A stretch of DNA of 64,000 nt from Sphaerodactylus townsendi (lineage: Eukaryota), in assembly GCF_021028975.2 (NCBI RefSeq), contig NC_059425.1:139624001-139688000 (forward strand), written 5' to 3'. A program made the position numbers and the translations under genes. Under the pieces are notes generated by a model. That model saw only the letters and a list, made by a program, of their open reading frames with translations. It was not told the DNA's origin and ran no database searches. Numbering within the stretch: the first letter of the stretch is position 1; each line of letters starts with the position of its first letter. Of this stretch, positions 24,402-36,350 are shown in pieces.

Positions 24402-24420
24402 TCCCGGGTTTCCGGCACCA
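24402..24420 (-). promoter_or_regulatory. Primer-binding site, tRNA-Phe
   Basis: TGGTGCCGGAAACCCGGGA, 3 nt after the LTR; equals the tRNA-Phe complement TGGTGCCGAAACCCGGGA plus one extra G. Confidence 0.85.
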
Positions 24421-24423
24421 GCT

Positions 24424-24934
24424 TGTAGTCTTGCCCACGGAAGGCCCCAATGGCAAGAAAGAGGCCGAAGGCAGCGGAGATTTCGGCATCTGGTGGAAGA
24501 GCCAGCTGCAGGAAGTGCGGGGATCCCGTGATCCCTGGCTTGTAACTCTGATGCGTCTTCGCCCCTCACACCGCACTCTTAGAGGTTTCAATGGGGGCGT
24601 ATAGCGAGGTGAAGACGGGCCCGGACGGAAGATGGAGGTGGGAGAGATCGGGGAGATCATCATGTGATGCATGATCTCGTCATCGGGCTGCTTACCGTCT
24701 TGCGGGAGGAAGCATCCGTGTCTGGGTCTAATCTTCACCTGGGGGCAGAACATTGTCCCGCTATTGTATGGGACACACTGGTGACCGCTTGAAGTCCAGG
24801 CAGTTCATGACCCGTGACTCATGTGGGGAAGCCGGGGGGATTTGAAGAAGTGTGCGCCCGGAAGGCCGTAGCCGGCACCGGCATGCCTGGCGCTCCTTCT
24901 ACGGTTCTGCTGGGTTCGCGGGCTCACCCCTACA
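24424..24934 (-). repeat. ERV 5' LTR (511 bp)
   Basis: Same termini as the 3' LTR; followed on the minus strand by the PBS. Confidence 0.95.
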
Positions 24935-27046
24935 AATCACAGCTAAAACTGAAGGGGGCATCAGTCATGGGAGCCAGCGGTGGCATCCAAAGAGAAAGAG
25001 AATACAAGAAGAGAAAAAGAGACCATCCAAGGAGATGGACTGGGGGAGGCAGCCCTGTCCTGAAAAAGAAGGGTGCCAGGGCCCCATTCCATGGCAAATA
25101 CCTTCACTGCTCTTGGGGGCTTGTAAATTAGTTAGTAAATTAGTTTGTTGTTTGTTGGGATTTTGTTTATCTTACAATTCCCTTTTGCAATGCCTGCCAT
25201 CCATCCACTGACAGGCACAGACCTGACATGCCATCTCCTTTAAGACTCCCCACCCCCCAATGAGGTCAGTCAGGGTAAGCATGATGAAAAGCTTTCATTA
25301 GCTGGGGTGGGGGCGGGGGGGTTGCACACGCTTCAAATCCACCCACTCATTGTGCCCGTCTGGGAAATGGGTCCAAGCAACTAGATACTGCAGATGGTAC
25401 AAAACAATACAGAGCAATACAATTCCCCTTGCATTGCCCACCACCCATCCACTGACAGGCATAGGCCTAACACCTAGTTCACAAGCTCATTGTGAGGATA
25501 AAACGAGGGAGCTGATAACTCTGTACACTGCCCTGAGATCCTTGGAGACAGAGAGAGATCTTTTTTTAAAAAAAGAAAGCCTAGATTCTTCACATGAGAA
25601 GATACAACTCTCTTTGCCTGCCCTGAGCCCCATTTAGTTCCTTTAACCAACTGGGCTCCACCCTTAAACCTGCCCAGAAGCATGCAATGAGTCATTCTGA
25701 AACTCCCCCACCAAAGCCATTTTTGCTTCCTAATTAGCACCTGATTACAATGTCTTCACCTTGAAGTCTATTTTCCTTTCTCGACAAGTTGTTATGCTCT
25801 ATTTATATTCAAGCAAAATATATTTGCTCCAGGATGAGCTTTTAATATAAAATTACACTACAGTAAATGGCAGGGAAATCCTGGGAATTCTGTCAGTTGT
25901 GCTTTAATATGTCAAAGCAGTTCCACTTCTCTTCTAGCAGCTGTGAAGAAGCAGAGGGGAAAGAGTTTAAACCCACATAACAATAGATTTTTTCCCTGGC
26001 TCAGTTCCTAGAATGATAAAATAAACTTCATCTATGAAATCTGTGCATGTCAGACTGATGTTAGAGATTGGAGAGTCCTTCCTGACAAGAAATAGTGAAC
26101 CAACAGAGTGTACTAGGCAGCAGAATAAAAGTAAGGAGCGCTAAGGGTTACACCTATTAGCAACCCACAAAAGCAGCACTTGGAAAAGACTGGGAGTGGA
26201 GGTGGGGGGGAGAGAACTGTCACTTTGTCAATAGCCTTTGTCAAAGGCCCTCAGCACTTTAGAATAGCAGGCTTGTAAGTAGGTCACATATGGATCACAC
26301 AGTGGATAACTGAAGCAGGAGCAGCAACTGTAATAAAAGGTGATAGATATTGCGAGGTGAGTGCTGGAGATAATTTTATCTCTTACATGTCCATTGACTG
26401 AGGCGGCAAAAAAGAATGTATCCAAGGTTGCATGGCCACTGGAGATAGCCACAGCAGAGCAGACTGTGCCAAGCGTAGTTGGATTGTTTCATTTGTAAAA
26501 CAAAACTGGTTAAACATAGGCAATGTTTTGCAGAAGCTCCAAGCAAATAGGCTACCTGCATTAGTCTTAGTTGTTTTAATTTCACATCCCCTTAGTCATA
26601 GCAGTAAATAGGAGTCGCTATGTAGTGCTCAATATGAAGGCTGAAATAGGCAGGGAGAGGAAGAGACAAGTTTTAAAATTGTGTTTTCTTTGCTGCACAA
26701 ATATCATGTTTGAGAAGGTATTTTGATGTGCAAAGGCAAAGGCCATAACATTAATGCCAAAAAAAAACAAACCAAGAATCCAGTATGTGCTTTCATTTAA
26801 TGAAATGTTGATTTTGTGCATCTCTGTTCACAAATTAAATGCATGTCAGTTTTACAAACCAAACCTATCTTTAGCAATTGAAATAAGGAGTCACCAAAAT
26901 GTTTTAATAATATTTTATAGTGTGGGTTGATTGGTTATATTTTGTTATTCCCTTCAAATAGGAAACCTTAGCAAATTATAACATTCTCCCTTAGTTCATG
27001 TTGTCCTCGTAGCATGCATGTGACACAGACTAGCCTGTGTCAGAGC

Positions 27047-27636
27047 CAGAGGCATATATGGGGAAAATGGCACCCGGGGACAACACCTGCTCTGGGCGCC
27101 CACCCCACTGCCCTACCGTCCCCCGCCCCCACTCCTCCATGCCCCCATGTCTCACTTACCTTAGCTGGCAGCTGCTCTGGCAGTGGTCCCAGGCAGCCTG
27201 GAAGGGCCAGGCCTGGCAGGGCGTGGCCGGGCCAAACTGAGGGGCGCCCGGTGGGCCAGAGCAGCTGGGAGCCTGCCATGGATCACAGCTCAGGCAGGCA
27301 TCTGAGGCTGGCTCTTGCCTCCCTGCTGACAGAGAGGCTGGTTCACGGGCAGGAGCCAGTCTGTGGCCATGGCTTAGCAGTGGGCAGCTCAGCCAGGTGC
27401 CACAGTCGCAGTTGGCCTCCCTGCTTACAGTGTAGTGTAGGGGAGTGTAGGATCCGATAGTATAGTGTAGTGTACACTACACAGTGCAGTGTAGGGGAGT
27501 GTAGGAGCCAGCCTGAAGCTGCAGCGCTCACCTGAGCAACACGGAGGGAGCTGCCGGGCACCCCTCCCCCACGTGATCAAATGACATGCACCCAGGACCT
27601 GGGATACCCCATGTTCCCATTAGTGGTACGCCACTG
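27047..27636. mobile_element. hAT-like non-autonomous element related to 4513-5031, opposite orientation
   Basis: End gggataccccatg...gtacgccactg mirrors the 4513 start; start atggcacccgggg mirrors the 5000 end; TSD not clear. Confidence 0.65.
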
Positions 27637-28213
27637 TAGAGAGTGACCAGCTGGAAGTCAAAGAGCAAGTTTCCATGGCAGACTGGGGATTTGAACCTTG
27701 GCCTCTCCGACATTCTAACCACTACATTTTACACATATCTTAGTAAGCCATACAGCAATCCTGTAAGGGGGGAAATCTTGTTGCTCTGACCATCACAACA
27801 GATTCCTACCACAAGACTCATTGGTGTGGTGCACCTGGAGTCTCCAGTAGCAATGTTCAAATGGTTTATTTTATTGAAAACAGCATCAGAATAAAGCATT
27901 TAGACTTTCATTGACAGAACTGAGAATTAGGTGCCAAAACAACTTCCATTGTACTCTCATTCCATTCCCACCATTCCATGTAGCTTGATATCACCTTCCG
28001 CTGCCAGTTTCCAGGGGAGGGAACAGCATCTGCCATTCTTATTGGAAGGCACAGTCTCCTCCAAGGCAAAACAGCCCAATGCTTGGAAGTGTAGATGCCA
28101 GCAGGTGGCTAAAAAGTAAGTTAAACTAATGAGCAAGCAAGAAACAGCTGTTCCAAGGAATCCTACCTCCTGGTCAGGAGACATAATAGGATCAGGTTGG
28201 AACAAGGCAAAAT

Positions 28214-28396
28214 CATGACACTTGGTATTTTTGCTGTGGAAGACTAATATGACTATGCTGTGGAAGACTAATTTGACTATGGAAGACTAATATGACTAAT
28301 ATGACTATGACACTTGGCATTTTTGCTGTGGAAGACTAATATGACTATGCTGTGGAAGACTAATATGACTATCCCTATGAAGACTAATATGACTAT
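28214..28396. repeat. Minisatellite, unit about GCTGTGGAAGACTAATATGACTAT, with higher-order duplication
   Basis: About six copies of gaagactaatatgacta; atgacacttgg.atttttgctgtgg occurs twice. Confidence 0.9.
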
Positions 28397-29327
28397 TGTC
28401 CCACAAGACAGGTCAGTATTATTATATTTTGAAGGAAGAGTGGGTGTGGGAGGATTATTTTTTACTGGAGGCTACCAAATAAGATCATAACTGAAGTGAA
28501 ATTTGGTCCAGCTGCTGCAGTGTGCCTGCTCTGATAAATGTGTGTGTCTGGGGACAAGTATCTTACTTGTCCCAGACTGCAGCCATGACCACCTCAGGGG
28601 TGTAAGGGGGCCCCCTGACCCCAAACCTGGAGCCTCCCCACATGGTGACAGCTACCGGAGTGGGAAGGAGGATGAGATGGTCCTCACAGTCATAACTGAA
28701 GCTGATAATCCTACATGCTGTTGCGAAGAAATGGATTAAACCCCATTATTGCTTGGACTCTCCCACAAATGGGCAAAGTGGAGGTGACACGAGAGCAGGC
28801 CAAGTTTCTGGGTGGGGATTCGGGTTATACACAGTGGCAGGCCAATCAGTTGGGTAACCAATCAGCAGGCTTGGAGAGCTCAATGGATGCCCCGTAGCCA
28901 AATGGGAGATTGGAGAGCAGGGATGGGATGGGATAGGATGGGATGGGATGGAATGGGGGCAGGGAAAGAGAAGGAGAAGAGAGGGGAGAGACCAGATGGA
29001 GGGAGAGAGGAATTTGGAAGCAGGAGAACTAAGATGGAGAGTGAGCCTCAATGAGAGAGAAACAAACAAGGAGGGCAGAGGAGCCCTAGGCTCCAAATGG
29101 GGAGGAGACCAAGACAGGGATAGGCAGAGGCAAGTGACATGCAGAAGAATGACAGGTGAGGAGGGACCCAGGACTAGGGTTAGTCCCATCCCCAGTGGCC
29201 AACCTGTGTCTGCTTCAGGCTTCTAGCCAGCCTTGTCAACAACCCCACTCTACCAGGAAGATGCTGTCTCACTCTGTGACTTCGGAGGCTCTCCAGTACG
29301 CGCTGCTCCCAGGAGAGCGGGGACAAG

Positions 29328-29728
29328 GGCCATTTCCCCACTCCCCGTTTGATACGGGCTAATCACAGCAAGTAACTTGCAGTCCAGCGGCACTCCCCGC
29401 GGTGGCAGCGCAGCCACCCCAATTCTGGAGCTCTTCAACTGCGTTAGCACGCGTCATTCCCATTCCTGTTTGCAAGAGCATCTTTAGGAAAAACCCTCGT
29501 AGAGCGTGGGCCACTGCTCCTAGGGAGGTGGACACTACCGTCCAATCAGGCCATGGCGGGGCTCCAGCCATTCAGAAAAGAGACCCGCATTTCTGATGCC
29601 GTGGAAGACAGCGAAGCTTTCGGAAGGCACAAGCTGCAGTGGGGTGCACGAACTTGCGCTGAAAAGCAGACCGGTTCAAGCTAGACCGGTTTGCCTTAGC
29701 TTTTTTTTTTTGAAGTGGGGAAACGGCC
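29328..29728. mobile_element. PIF/Harbinger-type MITE
   Basis: TIRs GGCCATTTCCCCACT / AGTGGGGAAACGGCC; 3-bp TSD AAG. Confidence 0.8.
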
Positions 29729-32700
29729 AAGGATGAGAGGAATAGCACTTGTGGAGTAGGAGGAATGGCACAAGCACCCCCTGGAGAGGGTTGGACGAAG
29801 CGCAGCACCACAGTGTGGAATCAAACTGCCAAAGGAAAACAGAGATACAAAGAAAATATTCATTTAATGTTATGTAAAGACCAGAGATAATCTGGAGTGA
29901 TGGAGTAATGGTCGTTGGCTGAGTCCAGTTGTCAAGCTACAGTTGTCAAGCTACAAAATAGTTAGTTACTCCACTCTCAACAGGTCAAGACCTTCAGCAA
30001 CCAAATGACATTTAACCACAGAAGTGAGCACCACTTAGAATTGCTAACATATACTTTTGGAGATCCATAAACTGGAAGACGTCTCACTGAGAAGGTCCCC
30101 TGCATGATATAAAAGATCTGCTGTGTCACCCTCCCAACAGCATGTAGAAATCTCTTCTCATGTGAAAGAAGCAAAAAAAGATTTCCTGCCTTGCTGTCAT
30201 TCCAAGGTCCCCAAGACATGTGCCTACCAGACCAACTATGAAATAACTGTTATTGATAAAGTCAAGAAAACAGGACTAGTGGCAAAAAAAGCTATGCTGC
30301 ACTCAGCAATATTTCAGAACATTTATGTTATCACAAAAAATTATTCACAGACACTCTTTGCCCACAGAACCAGAAGAGTTAAAAGAAAGTTGTTCTATCC
30401 AGCAGACCTAATTACAGTTGGAGAAGCTTGAAAATGGTCCTTTGATTGTGGAAGGTTCCATATAATGTGTTGGAACAGAAATTTGTCTTTGTAGGTCCTT
30501 CAATTGTTTACAGCACTGATTCAGCTTTAACCTGAAGAAACAATGGGGACTTGATAGCGGTGTCAGTCCTGGTAACATTCTATTTCCGACCAACAATGAT
30601 AGCATAGATCAGATGGTACACTTTCTTCCACACTACTGAAAATAGGTGAAGAAGAGTAATAGAGGTCAAGCCCATCAGGGCTTACTTACATGGAGTTCAC
30701 TAGTGTTTTTAATTAAAGCTGTCAGACTTGCATTCTGGGCATTTAGCTGGCACCAATCCCATTTCTTTCAATAATGGTTGAACAAGAATACTACTCTGAG
30801 GATGAATTTTCCATTAACTGATTCAGTGCAGTTGACCCACATGAAACCTCTGAGGGAGCTGCTCATCCAAACAAAGTTTGACCCTTTCAGAATTAGAAGT
30901 TACTTTGCTAGTTTAAGTGTTCTTAATTTAGAGAAAGTAACTCTTGACCCAGCTTCTCTGGTTTAATCCACATTATCTTCTCCACATTAAAAAAAGCCCA
31001 GGTTAATTAACCTCTACTAGTCTTCTAAAGTGGTTCTAGATAAAAACAATGGATGTTGCTGTTATGATGTAATTAAAATATCTGAAAACTTTTCCTCCAT
31101 CAAAGTACTATTGAAATTTCATAGAATATAGTTTCCGTAGCTTTTTATTGGCAAGAGATAGCAACTCGAACTATTTCAGATCGTTTTATTGTCAGACTGG
31201 CCAGAATTCACTGCGATGTTTTCTTTTTATTAGGAAACATGGGATGACCCAAACCTGACTGACTACAACTCCAGATTAGGTTTGCAATATCACCAGATTC
31301 AGTGGCAAATGCTTAGCCTTACATGCTTAATGGCTCCTTGGGAAATGGGAAGCCAGATGGCAGGCCATTCTGAGAGTGAGAACAAAACCACCATTGGAGC
31401 TTCTATATTGTTACTTGTCCCAAGGTACAGCAGGTTTTACAGGAGGTCAGGGTCTCCAAAGGAACATGTGTGGTTTACTGTGCAGTACTTAAAGAGGTCT
31501 GAGGGCAGCCAGGGATTACCGTACATAATTTGCTTCTTGAATGGCAGAAAGTAGGGCAAAGAAGACCTGGGATTACATTCGGCTCCCCTTCTTTCCAATT
31601 CTGAGGTTAGGAGAGAAGGAACAATGAGGACCTCCAGGTCCCTCTGATCCATGGAGTGCAGCCTGTGACAGGCATCTGAGAAAAGGTCTGTAGTTGAAGA
31701 GAGCTGAAATAAAAGAATAACTAACAGATAAATGTGGCAACTAAAAAGAAAGGCTTAAGCTACCAGTCTTCTCCATTCCAGCATTGCTGCCACCAGCTAC
31801 TCTGGATGGAAAAGCAGAGTGCCTTTCCAGATTCCTAAATCAGGCAGAGGCTGTGCCACTTTCATCTCAGTCACTGAGCTTCCAATACTTTTAATTCAGT
31901 GCCTCTGGTATTCTTGTCTTATTACTGCCTGGTATGTTACCATACCACTCTGGCATAGTGGGGGGGGGGGGGCGGGTAGGCTTCTCAGGTCTCCCTGCTC
32001 ACGTGCTAGCCTAGAAAGGTGATATTGGCTCCGCAGAGACTCCTTCTCTGGCAACTGCCATGTCACCTAAATATTGGTTTCCCAGTTCTCATGTTCACAG
32101 CCTGTCATATCAGCATATTTTCAGTTTCGCAGCTTCACAGAAGAAAGTATTCCAAAAAGATACAGTATCCTAACCAAATACAATACCCATTTCAGCCACA
32201 AGACAATTGCTGAATTCATTTTTCCCTGATTATCTTAACCCCAAAACTCCCTCCTGTAACTAACATCTTTTGACTACCTCACAGAACTTCACTGTTTCTC
32301 AACAACATCTACCCCAAACCCTCCCAAAAGCTGACCTGTCAACCCCTAAAGGTACTCCTGCCACTCCCAAAGCCCTTCTTCAGCACCACTGACATCTCTT
32401 CATCTTTGCTGTTGTTCCCATGCATGCAACACCCCTCCCCCTGGAACCAGATGCTGGCCATTTGGCTCTGAACCCTGGATATACACTATCAGGTTGCATC
32501 TGCCCCATATCCTATTTCTATTCCAAAATCTATTTTTTCAAACCTGTCCATATCTTAGGAACTCTCTGTGTGTGTTTGCTGAATTGAATTCTTGTGCACC
32601 CCTTCTCCCTACAACAAAAATTGTAACATTTGTACCACATTCCTCTCTGTGCGTTTTTTTTTCTGAGAGCTAATCCCAGTATACACTGGTACAAAAGATT

Positions 32701-32814
32701 CCTTAAGCCTCTTGCAATATTTTAAAGCAGTCTGCTCTAAGCCAATTTCTCCACTATATTGAGAGACAGTATCTCCACCTTGGGTAACAGGTATGGCTAA
32801 TAGTCACTCTTAGA

Positions 32815-33022
32815 ACACTTGAACACACAAAGCTGACTCATACTGACTCACACCATTAGTATATCAAAGTCAATATTACCTACTCTGACTAGAAGGCTCT
32901 CTAGGCTCTTAAGGAGACATCTTTCACATAACACATTTCATGAACCCTTTAAATGGATATGCTGGGGATTAAAACTGAGATCTTATGTATACAAAGGAGA
33001 TGCTCTTCCACTAAGCCATAAC
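32815..33022 (-). mobile_element. Old tRNA-derived SINE with CR1-like tail (similar copy about 53350-53590)
   Basis: ggggattaaaactgagatc...tgctcttccactaagcc is a tRNA-head complement. Confidence 0.55.
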
Positions 33023-33892
33023 CACTTTCTCCGTCGCCATTCACAGAACTACCCATATGAGTGTATCATAAAGCTCCTGGCTGTCAGCTTCCCATTCTAG
33101 CACAAGATCTCCTAGGCCAATTTTGTATTTCACAAATCATTTTTATCACCCTTGAGACTACTGTCAATCAGTTGAATAACCCCATGTTCCAGGGTTTGGG
33201 GAGCAATAAAAGTTTTGGCATTTCCATTTTCATTGTGCACTAAAGATGTACAGTACATCTACTCTACCACAAATAAGGAATCATTTCAGTTCCTCCCTTT
33301 TGCTTTTGTGTTTTTTGGAAAATTTCATTCTGCAGCAAAAACAGCTATGATCAACTATTTATGTATTGATTCGTATAATTGAAAATTATCCTGTTTATCA
33401 ACCAAAGGAAACAAGGAAGAGAATTAAAAGTAAATAAATCAATTCATAACAGTCACTAACATAATACAACCCAGCAATAGACACAAAGCTGACAACTATT
33501 TGATCTGATGATGGAATGATACTGCCAGTCTGGAAGTTGTAAGTTACGAAGGAACATCAAGAGAGCCCAAATAAAATTAAAGAAATAATATTTACTAAAT
33601 GGGAATAATATGCTTATCCATGTGGGAAAATTAGCAATATAAGAAAGTGATACAAGGACTAAGAAACAGTTTTCAGGCAGATAAACAGGCCTGGGGGGGT
33701 GCGGGGGACTTGGTGAGAAAGGGAAAGAAAAAAGGGATCCATTTAAAGCCCACCAGGAATGAAATGATCCAGTCGGCTGGGCAGCACCTAAATCCAAAAG
33801 AAGAAAAGCAAGATCGCATATTGGACCATTCTGTACAACACAAATAAAAATGAAAAGCCACCAACCAGCGAAAGAACTAGCAGCTATGGCAT

Positions 33893-33968
<76 letters not shown>
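33893..33968. repeat. (GAT)n microsatellite
   Basis: About 25 perfect units. Confidence 0.99.
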
Positions 33969-34655
33969 ATTCAGGTTATTAATATAAGGCTATAAGTAAT
34001 TGTTTATTTAATACATACCGGTGGATGTTAAATAATTAAATAGCAGAATGTTAGCTGAAATAAGTAAGATGGAAGGCTCTCTCTCACATTTGTATCATGT
34101 CTGTATTTTATTGAACATTAAGATCAACTTTATTGTTTCTTATTTGTTATATGATTTGATGTTTTTTCTATAATTTTCTATTTTGGTGTGTGTTTATATA
34201 TGAATAAAATTAATTAAAATATTATAAAAAAATCAAATAGAACTCAGTACTTTTTAACGGAAAGCAAATCATGTAGATCTTGTTAATATTATGTGTATTC
34301 AGGGGGAGACTTCTACATATCTTCAGATTAATGCACATAAATGCCCACACTTTCTTTCTGAGGAAGGACATTACTATAATTTAGACAGCCAACGCCCCAC
34401 TTTCACATCAAATCTTTTCAAGCCTGAGCATGCATTCTTCATGGCTGTGAATTCATGATATTTTCAGGAGATTGCCCCATCAGTTATGGAAGTATAAGCA
34501 AATATTTTTGATGCAGGTTTTAAAAGAACTTTTGTATTTGGATAACTAACGTTTTTCAGTTGCACTGACTTTAAAAAAACCCTTAAGTTAGTTGGTTGGT
34601 AGTTTCCCCCTTCTGGTGTCATTGTGGCATAAAGACAGAAGCAGCCGAGACAATA

Positions 34656-34823
34656 NNNNNNNNNNNNNNNNNNNNNNNNNNNNNNNNNNNNNNNNNNNNN
34701 NNNNNNNNNNNNNNNNNNNNNNNNNNNNNNNNNNNNNNNNNNNNNNNNNNNNNNNNNNNNNNNNNNNNNNNNNNNNNNNNNNNNNNNNNNNNNNNNNNNN
34801 NNNNNNNNNNNNNNNNNNNNNNN
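34656..34823. other. Assembly gap
   Basis: Run of N. Confidence 1.
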
Positions 34824-35654
34824 AATAGTCAGCCATTGTTCTGATGTTCAGAACTTGGAATGTGACGGGAATTTTTTTGTTCCTGATTGTTCAGAACAAT
34901 GCAAAAAAAAATGCAAGCTCTATAGTCACCAGAGAGTCTTCAATACTCATTATTTCAATGGTCAATTGAAGATCTACTTAAATCTCTCTCACTGAAATGG
35001 ATGAGACTACATAGTGCACAGTTTGGCCAGATTTTGGCTGTCATGCTGTGTATGCCATGCATTGAAGGAGACAGGGTATTTTAGGTACTCATTCTTTATT
35101 TGGGAATAAGGACAAAATGACCTTCTCAAAGTTCCCTTCTCTTCAGATGAAGAATTATTCCTTTGTCCCTATTGTTGTATAACAGGTCTTAAATAGACTA
35201 CATCACAATATATTACCTTCCCAATATCTCTGCAAAAGTGAAGGCTGCTTTTCTGTCACCAATGATTGACTATAACCATCCCTCTCAATTTAAAACCTGA
35301 AGAAATCATTCTAGGGCTATAAGTATTACTTCCTTGAAGGGCTAAACTATGGCACCTCCTGCTTTAGAAATTAAGCAGTGGAGATTGGGGGAAAATAGCA
35401 CCAGAAGTGACCGAGAGCTGAAGACTACCAAAGCTGTTGCATCTTCTAAAGAGTGAACAGAGGCAGACTTTGACATGGGAGCGATGAGTAGGGATACACA
35501 ATCTCCTTAATGTGACTATAAAGCAGGAAAAACATGTCTGTTTGAAAGTGTTCAGCAAGGCCTTGACTTTACTCTGCTGTAGACAGGAGATCACAATGCA
35601 TTAATGTGATATATCTTCCATCTTTAATATCATAACATGAGAGAGATTCAGGGA

Positions 35655-35737
35655 GGCGTCATCAGAATGATAATATAATGTCAGAAAGCTGTTCAAATTC
35701 TTACCTTGAATAGATAGCCAATTGGTTGCTAGGCAAT
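35655..35737. promoter_or_regulatory. Candidate promoter motif cluster (RFX X-box, CCAATTGG, CRE half-site, minus-strand splice donor)
   Basis: GTTGCTAGGCAAT at 35725-35737; CCAATTGG at 35718-35725; CAAG|GTAAGA on the minus strand at 35705; CGTCA at 35657. Confidence 0.3.
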
Positions 35738-35930
35738 ACATTACCACATATAAGGGTCATCCATATCTGAAAAAACATTCATTTCTGTGTTTCCCAGTGC
35801 TGACTGTGAAAACATGATTTGTTATTTAAAAGGCAATGTTCTGTTCATAATCACAGTTACAATAATCAGAACGAGTACAACACATATATTATATTAAAAT
35901 GGTAAACAGAGTGACAGTATTCACAGAATA

Positions 35931-36350
35931 CTGAGGGAGGGGAGGGAGGGAGGGGTGACATGCAAGGGAGGGAAGGGAGGGGGTCTCACAACAATAGGCC
36001 TCACAACAATGAGGGGAGTGAGGGAGGGCCGGGATTCTGGGGCCCCAGATTCTGGGGGCCCTCCCTCCCCTTGCATGTCACCCCTCCCCCTCCCTCTCCT
36101 CCCTTCTCTAAGGTGGGTGGGCCATGTCCAGATGCCAGGCCCCCTCCCTCCCCTTCCCTTGCATACCACCCCTCCCTTGCATGCCACCCCTCCCTCCCTT
36201 CCTTTGCATGCCACCCCTCACTCCCCTCCCTCACTCCCCTTCCTTTGCATGCCACCCCTCCCCCTCTCTCCCCTCCCTCCGCTAGGGCCCCCAGATTCTG
36301 GGGCCCCTCCCTCCTTCCCTTGCATACCATCCCTCCCCCTCCCTCCTTAT
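35931..36350. repeat. G/C-skewed tandem repeat (ttgcatgccacccctccc units), transposon-interior-like
   Basis: Same units occur inverted at 38100-38485. Confidence 0.75.

Larger units (their letters stand above)
18699..24934 (-). mobile_element. Endogenous retrovirus provirus (class II, betaretrovirus-like gag-pro, deleted pol, alpharetrovirus-type env), 6236 bp
   Basis: Paired TG...CA LTRs, 6-bp TSD AATCAC (18693-18698 and 24935-24940), PBS, PPT, gag-pro-pol-env motif order. Confidence 0.95.

Noticed and set aside
18699-24934. Old insertion age inferred from LTR divergence
   Set aside because: Differences are dominated by small insertions typical of read error, so dating is unsafe.
28214-28396. 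CRISPR-like repeat array
   Set aside because: No unique spacers; ordinary eukaryotic minisatellite.
29280-29820. CpG island or host promoter (also 39111-39686 and 58263-58697)
   Set aside because: CpG richness is confined within TIR/TSD-bounded MITEs.
30400-30860. Minus-strand coding exons with donor and acceptor signals
   Set aside because: The implied intron is only about 54 nt, frames contain stops, and no protein is recognisable.
34598-34622. CTCF-like motif
   Set aside because: Mismatch at a core position; too weak alone.
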